NCBI GenBank assembly: GCA_945897315.1
Contig: CAMDFF010000001.1
Coordinates: 21,262 to 85,261 of the forward strand
Reading direction: 5' to 3'
DNA length: 64,000 bases
DNA from: a candidate division TM6 bacterium UASB124
GTDB lineage: Bacteria; Babelota; Babeliae; Babelales; RVW-14
The position numbers and the translations under genes were made by a program. The notes below the pieces were generated by a model. It was not told the DNA's origin. It did no database searches and saw only the letters and a list, made by a program, of their open reading frames with translations. Below are positions 19,279 to 28,001 of the stretch, one piece after another. Positions within the stretch are counted from its first letter, which is position 1; each line of letters starts with the position of its first letter.

Positions 19279-20283
19279 ATGCTAAAGCATGTATTTTTTA
19301 TCGGATGGCTTTTGCTGTCTGGCACTGTGCCACTATTAACTTCATCTGAGGCGCCAGCAGCGCACGTCACTATTTTTGCTCATGGGCTTGGTGGCGATGC
19401 AACACAGCGCCACCCCTACGAACCATTTATTGGTCCCATGATTGGCGAGAATGGACCAGAATGGAACGAAACCGTCTATGGCCATAAAGCTGGTCGATGG
19501 CAATCGTGCCTGGGGCAAGATGACGATGTCAAAGTCATTGCTAAACAAATTGCAGAACACACAGAAAAAAACATAATCTTAGCTGGCGTGTCGAAAGGTG
19601 CGGCTACTATCATTAATACGGTCGGGCACTTAGCAGAAATACGCCCTGACCTCTTAAGCAATGTTTCAGCTTTAATACTGGACGCACCATTTGATCGACC
19701 AGAAACTGCCGCCGCTCACATGGTAAAATCTGCCGCCCAACGTCAACGCACTGGTGGTAGTAGTCTCGGTTCGTTGCTCGCGTGGAGCATGGAAATAAGC
19801 GCAGCAAGCCCTCGCTTTGAGTCTATAGCACGTTATGCACAAACATGGCTCTATCGTTACAACCCTGCCGGCATCACCCCAATAAAAGCCGTTCTCTCAC
19901 AATGGCCTTTAATCACAAACAAGACAATGGTCATTGCTCTTGTTCACTCGCAAGATGATGAAGTTATTTCCGTTGATGCATCACGCCGTTTATATGTTGA
20001 GCTACAAGCGCTAGGCTTTAAAAATACGTACCTCGTTGAACCTGCACGAGGCTGGCACGCCAACGCATTTTGGGGATTAGACGCAGCGCATGTTAGTCTT
20101 GCTCTGCAGTATATTTACCAACGGCATGGGTTGCCACTTGCTGTAACGTCACCACGATACGCCCCCGCAACGCCTCTTTCTATTGACGAAGCAAGCTTCA
20201 TCAAAACTATACAGCCATCAGCTGAAGAAGTGCTCGCTCGCATGGCGCCAGTTACGGAAACAAGCAACACAACAAAGAAATAA
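19279..20283 (+). CDS. Secreted alpha/beta hydrolase
   Basis: Signal peptide MLKHVFFIGWLLLSGTVPLLTSSEA. HG motif IFAHGLGGD, nucleophile elbow G-V-S-K-G, later HSQDDEVI and WHANAF. Confidence 0.65.
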   Translation: MLKHVFFIGWLLLSGTVPLLTSSEAPAAHVTIFAHGLGGDATQRHPYEPFIGPMIGENGPEWNETVYGHKAGRWQSCLGQDDDVKVIAKQIAEHTEKNIILAGVSKGAATIINTVGHLAEIRPDLLSNVSALILDAPFDRPETAAAHMVKSAAQRQRTGGSSLGSLLAWSMEISAASPRFESIARYAQTWLYRYNPAGITPIKAVLSQWPLITNKTMVIALVHSQDDEVISVDASRRLYVELQALGFKNTYLVEPARGWHANAFWGLDAAHVSLALQYIYQRHGLPLAVTSPRYAPATPLSIDEASFIKTIQPSAEEVLARMAPVTETSNTTKK

Positions 20284-20291
20284 TCGCCATT

Positions 20292-20324
20292 AAAAAAGCC
20301 ACTCGATGATCGAGTGGCTTTTTT
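20292..20324. terminator. Bidirectional rho-independent terminator between convergent genes
   Basis: aaaaaa, then gccactcga (20298-20306), tga, tcgagtggc (20310-20318), then tttttt. Perfect 9-bp stem with an A-run and a T-run on either side. Confidence 0.75.
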
Positions 20325-20346
20325 AATACATTTATACGAGATCGTA

Positions 20347-21201
20347 CTATTTTTCTGGCTCTGTTGTCGCAACCAGATTCAGCCATATTCCAAGAAAATC
20401 ATCAAAGGTCATCTGCTGTGCACGTAAGCAAAGAACCTCTTCAGGAATAGCCACATGCGCTTTATAGTGCGTTGATTTCAAATTATTTCTGATCATTTGC
20501 CGCGGCTTACCAAAGCAAAATTTAACAAACTTCCAAAAATCTTCTTCATCAGGAATCGCAACAGGCGCTTGCTTAGGTTTAAAATATAATAGCCTGGAGT
20601 GCACCTTTGGTGGAGGGCTAAACGCTCCCGGTTCAATTCCTTCAAGCAATTTAAACTCAAAATGGTGCTGCAAAAACACTGACGTTGTATTGTACGTTCG
20701 TCCGTACGAAGCAACGATTTTTTGCGCCACTTCCTCTTGGATCATCACGACGCCCTCAGTGAACAGATGCTTATTTTTCTGCAGCAAGAACATAATCGGA
20801 AAGGTAATTTGATAGGGAAGATTTGCTAGTAAAACCCACGGCATGTGCTCACGCAATGGCTCAAGATTAGCATCCAAAATATTTTCCAAAAAGATCGTCA
20901 GTCGTGGATCGGTAACCCCATCGCGCACAACCTCTGCCCATTCAGGGTCAATTTCAAAACACCAAAGATTCTTACAGGGTGTTTGTGCCAAGATTGAACG
21001 TGTTAAAAATCCATCACCACAGCCAATTTCCATAACTGATGTTTCTGGGGTTACGGTGACAGCCGCAATCATATTGTCGACGACTGACTGTTTCCGCAGA
21101 AAGTGCTGCCCTAGAGATTTCTTCTTGAACGGCAACGGCTTGCCCGTGTGCGGGTCTATGTGATTTTTTACTGGCTTAGGGGTATATATGTGGTATTTCA
21201 T
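20347..21201 (-). CDS. rsmA: 16S rRNA (adenine1518/1519-N6)-dimethyltransferase
   Basis: LGQHFL, SAM motif EIGCGDGFLT and ANLPYQIT. Confidence 0.9.
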   Translation of the reverse strand: MKYHIYTPKPVKNHIDPHTGKPLPFKKKSLGQHFLRKQSVVDNMIAAVTVTPETSVMEIGCGDGFLTRSILAQTPCKNLWCFEIDPEWAEVVRDGVTDPRLTIFLENILDANLEPLREHMPWVLLANLPYQITFPIMFLLQKNKHLFTEGVVMIQEEVAQKIVASYGRTYNTTSVFLQHHFEFKLLEGIEPGAFSPPPKVHSRLLYFKPKQAPVAIPDEEDFWKFVKFCFGKPRQMIRNNLKSTHYKAHVAIPEEVLCLRAQQMTFDDFLGIWLNLVATTEPEK

Positions 21202-21340
21202 TAAAACAACGCCTGGTAGAGGGTAGGGTGCCCCCGCTTTTTAGGAAGAGCGGGAAGTACACAGCTTGCCATTGACTCACTGTAAATTTAACTGTTATAA
21301 TAGGCAGTATAGCACAATCGTGCTGATCTTTGAATCTTTT

Positions 21341-21743
21341 GGGGGCGTAATGGTCTCGACGTTTTATGGTAAGCGAGGAGAGCATGCCAAGGTTGCAGAA
21401 GCCCTTGTAAATCAAGTCTGTAGAAACATAAATGCAAATCATATTGCACCTGCTTTTGGAGGTGTCTTCGGACACAACCAAGCAGTAGCTTGTGCATAGT
21501 ATCTTTCAATAGATAGTGTATAAGCTCTTGGGCAACAGCGTGTTTATCAGCTGTTGCACTCGTATAACTTGATAAAACGACTATGTGTAGATTTTTTTGT
21601 TCTGTAAGCATAGGCGTAACACTGAACCGGCTCAGACCTCAGGGTGCTCTTGTCCAAGGGTTTGAGTATAATCAAGAGATAAGCATGTAGCGCTTTTCGT
21701 GAATTGTTTAACGGACATGGGTTCGATTCCCATCGCCTCCACC
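21341..21743 (+). ncRNA. ssrA: tmRNA (SsrA)
   Basis: The 5' end GGGGGCGTAATGGTCTCGACG pairs with the 3' acceptor CGCCTCC-A-CCA, including a G3:U wobble (alanine identity). The 3' end is tRNA-like (GGACATGGGTTCGATTCCCAT-CGCCTCCACCA). An internal tag frame at 21434-21499 reads GCA AAT CAT ... GCA TAG = ANHIAPAFGGVFGHNQAVACA*. Confidence 0.9.
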
Positions 21744-21824
21744 AGTCTTCGCTCTGTGTGTTAATGCTTTTAGCTGTAACCACTCTATGAGCGACCCACC
21801 AAACCACCACTCCGAAACAAAAAG

Positions 21825-21865
21825 AAAAAAGCCCGCACGCACTATTTGTTGCACGCGGGATTTTT
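21825..21865 (-). terminator. Rho-independent terminator of the mechanosensitive-channel gene
   Basis: On the minus strand: cccgcgtgc, then a loop, then gcgtgcggg (9 bp including two G:U pairs), followed by tttttt. It starts 3 nt after the stop codon. Confidence 0.5.
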
Positions 21866-21867
21866 AG

Positions 21868-24800
21868 TTACTTATCAAATTTAATTTCTATTGCCTTAGT
21901 TGAAGCGCCGGCTTGTCCGGGCTGTTCAAAGACAATAATTCGTTCTGCACGCGCAAGCTTAATGCCATGCTCTTTAAACGCGCGTATTAACTCAGTGCGA
22001 ATGTTCGCTGCAATTTCCCATTGCTCTTTAACGCGCCGCGCACTAACAAACGCACGAATCAAAAACACAAATGCATTTTCTTCAAATTCCTCAAGCCGAC
22101 CGACCACTCCTGGTACTTTGAGCACCAGAGGATGCGCTTGCACAACGCTAAAAATCACACGCTTTACAACGTCTGGATCTACCGTTGGATCAATTCGTAC
22201 ATTCAACTCAAAACCGATAGCATAACGACCATGGCCCCAATTGATGATCCATTTGGAAACCAAGTCACGATTGGGAATGATAACCGAATGATTTCTTGAT
22301 GTAATAATCGTTGTTGAACGAGCAGCGATACGATGCACGGTCCCTTTGATGTTATCAATTTCAACGTAGTTGCCAATTTCCAGCGGCCGCTCAATAAGCA
22401 CAAAAATGCCAGACAGTAGGTCTGCGCCAATATCTTTGAGTGCAAAACCAAGCGCGATACCAAATGATGCACCAACGTACAGCATGAACTGCTGCAGATG
22501 AATATTTATCATTGATAGAATAATCGCAATAAAAATAATGGTGTAATGACAAATCCGCGAGATCGTATTCTGAATGCCCGGCTCTGAGCGCAAAATATCG
22601 AATAATTTGGTTAAAATAAATCGATGTGTAATCGATGAAACAAAGAATCCGGCTGCAATAAAAAGACCGACTACCAGGAATTGAACAACCCCAATTTTAT
22701 GGTCAACACTAATGGGCACCACCCATGTTTCAGAAAGAGCGTACCAGATATCTGTTGGCGTATAATCAAAGCCCCAAATACGCGAAACTAACGTGAACGT
22801 AATAAACAGCAAGACAATAAAAGAGAAGATAACAAAAAAACCATAATATGCTTTAGCATGCTCAAACTTATCAACAAAGTCGTCATCATCCTCTTTCATG
22901 AACATAAAGACAGCATAACGCCTAATCACATGGTGAATGGTGAATAAAAAGTAACCGAGCAGTAATGACCCCGGCACAGCAAATGCAAGAAACCAAGCCA
23001 TATTTGAGTACCCAACATAAGGATTGGATAAAATAAATAAGCTAATCGCAAAAAAGAAAACGGGATAATAATGCTTATCAATTTTCCGCTTTAATAAAAT
23101 CATAACGCTGTTGCGTGTTGGTATCAGACGTAAAATATCATCCTTGCTAAACAAAAATGTAACGATCAGCACAGTAACAAGAGAATATGCCGCAAGAATA
23201 AGAGTTGCAAATGCAGATATCCGTGTATCGGTATAGGAAATCAGCGCAAGCCGCAAAGGAACCAAAATTGCTGTTGCATAACAAAAAAAACTCACAAGAA
23301 CAATAAAACGCGCTTGAAATTTTTCCGCAAATAACAAATAGCTCAGCTTTTCATTTACATCGCGCAAAAAACCAATAAAACGCGCTGTAAGATAAATGAG
23401 CAAGGGGATTGACGCCAGATGAAAAATAGCAATTGAGTAATGGCTTGCTAATGGACGCAGCGTGCTAAAGATATATGAAAAATCGAATGCTATATGAAAG
23501 AAGATAAATAGCCATGCAAAGAATAAGCCACAATAAGCCAACGCAAAATCAAAGAAGGCCAACAAGAGATGGAAATATAGATATCGAGCATGCCCCTTAA
23601 GCCGCTCGGTAATGGCACTCAGGCGAGCGCGCATAATGCGTAAGCCTTTTTTTAAAAATAAAAAAAGCCCTATGAATAAACAGATAAAACAGAGAAGCAT
23701 GAAAAAATCGTACAGATCAAATGACCTCACTAATGCAAAAATCGATGATGGTCGAATGTGCGAGGGAGTCTCCCAGTACAGCTTCTTTAGAAATGCTTCC
23801 CCTTCAAGAATAGCAGCAATAAGAGCTTCATATGATATGGCTTTTGGCGATCGCTTCCAAATGCTATAGTTGCGTAAGCGATGATCAATTTCGTACAAAA
23901 TCAGATCATACTGATTGATAATTTTTTCTTGATTCATAATGAGATCGGCATTCACTGCTAAGTACGATTGCGTAAAATCAAGCTGCCACATGAGATAATT
24001 ATTGGTCTCTTGCATAATAGATAACAGGTCGCGCGCATCAGCCATGCGCAATCTGATATGGTCACCCTGACCATCAACTTGCAGATTTTTTTGGTAATTT
24101 TTAATCCGCTCAATAGCACGATTTACCTCAATAAGGTGCGAAATAGCCTGTGTGCGCCTATCTTTAAACCCTCGTAGCGTACTAAAAGCAAGATCACGCT
24201 TATTTGAAAAAGCAGCATATAGTTCATCTAGATTGTCTGTTTCAAGCTTCAAGCGATAGCGCATCTCTACCATGTTATATTGCAACTCGCGCTCCGTAGC
24301 TGCCATATCAGCAAGATCTTTCTTTGCATCTAGCAGGGCAAGCTCTTTTTCTATCGCTTGTAGAAGTGCCGTAAGGCGCCTGACTTGTGCCTTAATCAAA
24401 ACAACATCAAACGACTCTTTGTCAGCCCCTGCCTTACCTTTAAACGTCGCAAGCTTACCACGTAAAAATTCTAATTCGGTAGCAACTTTTTCTTTGTTTT
24501 GTTTTTTCGGCTCTCGTAATGCGTTAAGCTTTTCTTTTACTACCAGGGCATTTTGCGCTTCAGCCTTCCAATCAATACGCGCAACATCAACATCCCCTTT
24601 CTCAAGAACTAGGCGCTGCTCGATATGAGAAAGAAGCAGTTTTTGCTCTTGATAGCGTTGCTGCGCCAGCTCAATAATATCTTCCCAGAGTCGTATCTCT
24701 ACTTCAATTTTATTGATATGCAGCTTGACCGATTCAACTGACTCTTCAATAGCCAAAATTTCTTGTGCAACATTATCCGCCTCCTGTCGCAGCGCTCCAG

Positions 24801-25464
24801 GATTTTCATTTTTTTCATGATCAGCGTTGCGGTCTACCTGTACACTGATACGCTCACGCTCTTTATTCTTTACAATAAGCTGCTGGCTAAGCGATGAAAG
24901 CAATTCATTATGCGCAATACGCTGCTTTTTAAGATTATCTTTTTTGATCTTGTTTAATTCAACTTTTTCATGTTGTTCTGCCAAGCGAATATGTGCATCA
25001 CGGAACTCTTTCCATGAATAGGCGTCTTTTGGATTGCTGGAAGATTTTTCCAAATATTCTAACAATTCGCTATGAATTTTAACACGTTGTTCATGTGTCT
25101 CAACTAGCTCGCGCCATGCATCTTGCTGGTCAATTTGCTTTTGCTTGCGATCGTTGAGAACAGCAATTTTTTTATTGAGAAGCTCAGCTTTAAGATCTGC
25201 CGCAGTCGTTAAAAGCTGATGGGCCTCTTGTAGCTCAGTTGAAATATGACTTAAATTGCCAAGAATAGACTTTTGCGCTTCTTCTGTGCGCTTTTTAATA
25301 TCAGTAACGGTTTTTTCTAGCTCTTCTTTTTGCGATTTACGCAACTCAGCATTATTAATAAGCGCCAACCCAACAGCGGTCATTTTTTCTGTTGCAGACA
25401 GAGGCAACATCACAAGTCCTGTCGCGACAATCACCAGTAGATAGAGTGTTCGTAACAATTTCAA
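21868..25464 (-). CDS. Large mechanosensitive channel, MscK/KefA (MscS superfamily) type
   Basis: C-terminal MscS core (GADLLSGIFVLIERPLEIGNYVEIDNIKGTVHRIAARSTTIITSRNHSVIIPNRDL), about 11 TM helices, and a long N-terminal coiled-coil periplasmic region after a signal peptide. The ORF track extends to 25575 and would overlap the upstream gene by 100 nt. I prefer the TTG at 25464 (LKLLRTLYLLVIVATG...), which is preceded by AAGGGG. Confidence 0.85.
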   Translation of the reverse strand: MKLLRTLYLLVIVATGLVMLPLSATEKMTAVGLALINNAELRKSQKEELEKTVTDIKKRTEEAQKSILGNLSHISTELQEAHQLLTTAADLKAELLNKKIAVLNDRKQKQIDQQDAWRELVETHEQRVKIHSELLEYLEKSSSNPKDAYSWKEFRDAHIRLAEQHEKVELNKIKKDNLKKQRIAHNELLSSLSQQLIVKNKERERISVQVDRNADHEKNENPGALRQEADNVAQEILAIEESVESVKLHINKIEVEIRLWEDIIELAQQRYQEQKLLLSHIEQRLVLEKGDVDVARIDWKAEAQNALVVKEKLNALREPKKQNKEKVATELEFLRGKLATFKGKAGADKESFDVVLIKAQVRRLTALLQAIEKELALLDAKKDLADMAATERELQYNMVEMRYRLKLETDNLDELYAAFSNKRDLAFSTLRGFKDRRTQAISHLIEVNRAIERIKNYQKNLQVDGQGDHIRLRMADARDLLSIMQETNNYLMWQLDFTQSYLAVNADLIMNQEKIINQYDLILYEIDHRLRNYSIWKRSPKAISYEALIAAILEGEAFLKKLYWETPSHIRPSSIFALVRSFDLYDFFMLLCFICLFIGLFLFLKKGLRIMRARLSAITERLKGHARYLYFHLLLAFFDFALAYCGLFFAWLFIFFHIAFDFSYIFSTLRPLASHYSIAIFHLASIPLLIYLTARFIGFLRDVNEKLSYLLFAEKFQARFIVLVSFFCYATAILVPLRLALISYTDTRISAFATLILAAYSLVTVLIVTFLFSKDDILRLIPTRNSVMILLKRKIDKHYYPVFFFAISLFILSNPYVGYSNMAWFLAFAVPGSLLLGYFLFTIHHVIRRYAVFMFMKEDDDDFVDKFEHAKAYYGFFVIFSFIVLLFITFTLVSRIWGFDYTPTDIWYALSETWVVPISVDHKIGVVQFLVVGLFIAAGFFVSSITHRFILTKLFDILRSEPGIQNTISRICHYTIIFIAIILSMINIHLQQFMLYVGASFGIALGFALKDIGADLLSGIFVLIERPLEIGNYVEIDNIKGTVHRIAARSTTIITSRNHSVIIPNRDLVSKWIINWGHGRYAIGFELNVRIDPTVDPDVVKRVIFSVVQAHPLVLKVPGVVGRLEEFEENAFVFLIRAFVSARRVKEQWEIAANIRTELIRAFKEHGIKLARAERIIVFEQPGQAGASTKAIEIKFDK

Positions 25465-25474
25465 AGTAACCCCT

Positions 25475-26206
25475 TTATATGGTCTTATACACAAATGATA
25501 ACGTCTTAAAGCCGCTAATCCGTGGATGTGTGTTGAGGCATGCGAGAAGCCATGCGTGATACTGCACAAAGTCATCCTGTTGCAGCATAGCAGCGGAACA
25601 TGTGAGCAATTCTAGATTCTGATGGCTCGTAAAGTCAATAGTCATTGCAAGCAATCTATTTACGGTGTTAAGCGTATTTACAAAGCGCGCAGGAGGGTAA
25701 AACCCAAAAAGCATAAACAAGCACCCAATTAAACAGTACTGAACACGCGTTAAACCATGTGTCCACAGACCCAATGGGCCTGGATCATGTGATGATGCCA
25801 CAAAAAGCTTATCTGGCAAGCTGTTGCCATTATTGCCCTCTTGAGAAAATAGGCTAGGCAACCGATGCAACAGCTGCAAGCATTTTTCAAGAACCACATA
25901 GACCTCCCCTGCGGGCTGATGCATAGGGCAAAAAAAATAACTGATTTCAAGAAGATGATGAAACCAGCCTAAGTCATTATAGCTCAAACTTGGTTGCGCT
26001 AATAATTCAACTGATTGCACAATGAATGAGTTATGCTGATCATGCAGCACAACACTACGCACAAAATTCCCAAGACCCATACGTACACGCTGATGATGCT
26101 TAAAAACCATCAAGGGAATCTTGCCATACTCGTGCGTCAGCATACAAATTTTAGGGGAGCCACTGAGTGGCATTTTGACTATTACGCCATGAATAATTTC
26201 TTGCAT
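25475..26206 (-). CDS. Hypothetical protein, possibly a divergent RecO
   Basis: 243 aa, with size and layout resembling RecO (N-terminal OB-like HGVIVKMPLSGSPKICMLTHEYGKIPLMV, helical middle, C-terminal ...GFKTLSFV). Weak by-eye similarity only. Confidence 0.35.
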   Translation of the reverse strand: MQEIIHGVIVKMPLSGSPKICMLTHEYGKIPLMVFKHHQRVRMGLGNFVRSVVLHDQHNSFIVQSVELLAQPSLSYNDLGWFHHLLEISYFFCPMHQPAGEVYVVLEKCLQLLHRLPSLFSQEGNNGNSLPDKLFVASSHDPGPLGLWTHGLTRVQYCLIGCLFMLFGFYPPARFVNTLNTVNRLLAMTIDFTSHQNLELLTCSAAMLQQDDFVQYHAWLLACLNTHPRISGFKTLSFVYKTI

Positions 26207-26284
26207 TTCTCGCTTTCACCGTATGCTCTGAGTATATACTATAAAACGGGATATGCGCACAGGGATTATGATATTGGGGGAGAC

Positions 26285-27415
26285 ATGACATTCGGACTAA
26301 TACTATTTTTATACTGCACATTGTATAGCTGTTTCTTACAAGCATTCCACCTTGACAGCACTGGCACACAGTTTATTGCAAAACGCTTGGGGCACTATGC
26401 ACCACTTGAAGTGGGTAATTTTTTTGAAAAGAAAAAATTCTATCTCACCACAGAACAAATTATCACCGACCCCCTTGCTTTACAACAAGTAGCCAAAGAC
26501 ACTCTGCGCTATATCAAGCGCCACGAAGCAACACATATTCACACCGTCGACCCCGTTGGCTTTGCAGCAATTTTGTCGCTACAAAGCGTCAAAAACACGC
26601 TGCAATTTATTTGCCAAACTGTTGAGGAAGACAAGAAAACAGGTCGGCACAGACTTCTTCAACAACCATTTATCAATAAGCATTTTAGCTCTGTTGCATG
26701 GCGCGCTGATACAAGAGCAGCAACATACAGCAATATTACCTTGCCAGACGATAATCACATCAGACTAACAACCTATGCTGTTTTTAATATGCAGGGCAGC
26801 AGGCATAAAACAGAAAAATATAATTGCGGGCTATACGCCCTACATGATGACACACTAGCAAAACGCTTTACCAAACAACAAATTATTGCCGGTGCGCTCG
26901 AACACGTATCATATCTCAAAAAACGTACCCCGCTTGCCTGGGTAACGCAGCAGGCACTTGAAGATGCGCTGATGCATGGAACCATGCTAGTTGCCTTTCC
27001 TGACGATGGATCACGGTTGCTCAACGTGCATAAAAACAATGGCATTGCATACGACCGCAGCATTAAGGATCGTACCGAGCAACGACGCTACTGGTTTTTT
27101 AAAGATATTGGCACGAAGACTCATGAAGCTGCTAGCCGTATTGAAAAGATTAAAAATCGTAAAGACGTTATTTTTGCTGGAGACTTGCACAACATTGGCT
27201 TTGGCAAGCTCATTGCTCTGCGACATGAAAATCCACAAACGCGCCAACTAGAAATGCGCTTAGGCATTTTGGCTGACACAGGCAGTGCATTTTATAATAA
27301 TTTATATCAACTCGATTACTTCGCAGGGCTTGCCGAAGGGTATGATGACTTACGACACATCATTCGTCAGCGCCCAACTTTCACAAAAGCATGTATTTTG
27401 TATAAAAAGGGATAG
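26285..27415 (+). CDS. MltA-like lytic murein transglycosylase (3D-domain C-terminus)
   Basis: C-terminal LGILADTGSAFYNNLYQLDYFAG resembles the MltA/3D-domain motif (DTGgAI.g..r.D.f.G). Start set at the ATG at 26285 after GGGGGAG, because the ORF-track 5' extension (from 26033) overlaps the minus-strand gene. The N-terminus MTFGLILFLYCTLYSCFL is hydrophobic. Confidence 0.5.
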   Translation: MTFGLILFLYCTLYSCFLQAFHLDSTGTQFIAKRLGHYAPLEVGNFFEKKKFYLTTEQIITDPLALQQVAKDTLRYIKRHEATHIHTVDPVGFAAILSLQSVKNTLQFICQTVEEDKKTGRHRLLQQPFINKHFSSVAWRADTRAATYSNITLPDDNHIRLTTYAVFNMQGSRHKTEKYNCGLYALHDDTLAKRFTKQQIIAGALEHVSYLKKRTPLAWVTQQALEDALMHGTMLVAFPDDGSRLLNVHKNNGIAYDRSIKDRTEQRRYWFFKDIGTKTHEAASRIEKIKNRKDVIFAGDLHNIGFGKLIALRHENPQTRQLEMRLGILADTGSAFYNNLYQLDYFAGLAEGYDDLRHIIRQRPTFTKACILYKKG

Positions 27416-27470
27416 TTTCTGCATCGCTTAAATCCATGAATTACAACTAACAAAAATCGGAGTGTTTATC

Positions 27471-27905
27471 ATGAACAAAGCCAATATATTGTTTAGTTTT
27501 ACCCTCATGACCTGTCTTATGGTTTGCACGGCACACACAGCGACACTGCGCGCATACGCGGACTGGAAATGCACGAGATGTTTCACGATTCACAGTTGGG
27601 GACCATCACAATGTACCGAGTGCTCCAAGTATCGTCCTGAAATATGGGCCTGTACCGCATGTGGAAAGGCCATTAACCATCCGTGCAGACCAACGTGCCT
27701 CAATTGCAAGGCGCCAAGCCCATTCCTTGCTCCTTGGGCATGTGCGCTGTGCGAGACCGTAAATAATCCCTGCGCAGAAGAATGTGAATCGTGTACAGAA
27801 GCTAAGACCTGGAGCTGCTCTACACCATGCTGTCGTGGCAAAAATGCTTATTGCGCCATACAGTGCTTACGGTGCAAAATTCCGCGAAGCTTCGGTTGCA
27901 AATAA
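27471..27905 (+). CDS. Secreted protein with four tandem RanBP2-type (W-x-C-x2-C-x3-N-x6-C-x2-C) zinc-finger-like repeats
   Basis: Signal peptide MNKANILFSFTLMTCLMVCTAHTA. Repeats: WKCTRCFTIHSWGPSQCTEC, WACTACGKAINHPCRPTCLNC, WACALCETVNNPCAEECESC (exact consensus) and WSCSTPCCRGKNAYCAIQCLRC. ATG at 27471 preceded by GGAG. Confidence 0.65.
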   Translation: MNKANILFSFTLMTCLMVCTAHTATLRAYADWKCTRCFTIHSWGPSQCTECSKYRPEIWACTACGKAINHPCRPTCLNCKAPSPFLAPWACALCETVNNPCAEECESCTEAKTWSCSTPCCRGKNAYCAIQCLRCKIPRSFGCK

Positions 27906-27907
27906 AT

Positions 27908-27956
27908 TTCTGGAGGCTCTTTAGTAGTTGTAACGGCTACCAAAGAGCCTCCAGAA
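27908..27956. terminator. Perfect 15-bp-stem hairpin between convergent genes
   Basis: ttctggaggctcttt (27908-27922) pairs exactly with aaagagcctccagaa (27942-27956). It begins 3 nt after the stop of the zinc-finger gene. There is no clean U-tract. Confidence 0.5.
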
Positions 27957-28001
27957 AAAAGCTTCAAAAAACATCTCAATATACCGACCAGATCATCAGA
28001 T

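Noticed and set aside
21176-21810. Three minus-strand ORFs (101, 107 and 87 aa) and a 77-aa plus-strand ORF
   Set aside because: All overlap the tmRNA gene (21341-21743). The plus-strand ORF merely contains the tmRNA tag frame. None is credible as a protein gene.
21744-21867. Checked downstream of the tmRNA, and downstream of tRNA-Asn, for an integrated island (integrase gene, direct repeat of the RNA 3' end)
   Set aside because: There is no integrase or recombinase ORF and no visible duplication of the tmRNA or tRNA 3' end. The tmRNA is followed directly by a conserved-type channel gene.
26033-26284. 5' extension of the MltA-like ORF; similar extensions at 25465-25575 (MscK-like), 40578-40832 (lpxK), 38247-38366 (GT4 transferase), 35244-35291 (nfo) and 32869-32949 (PLP enzyme)
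   Set aside because: These extensions overlap neighbouring, better-supported genes or begin at TTG/GTG codons without an SD. Internal starts with SD-like sequences give N-termini that match family expectations (signal peptides, conserved first motifs).
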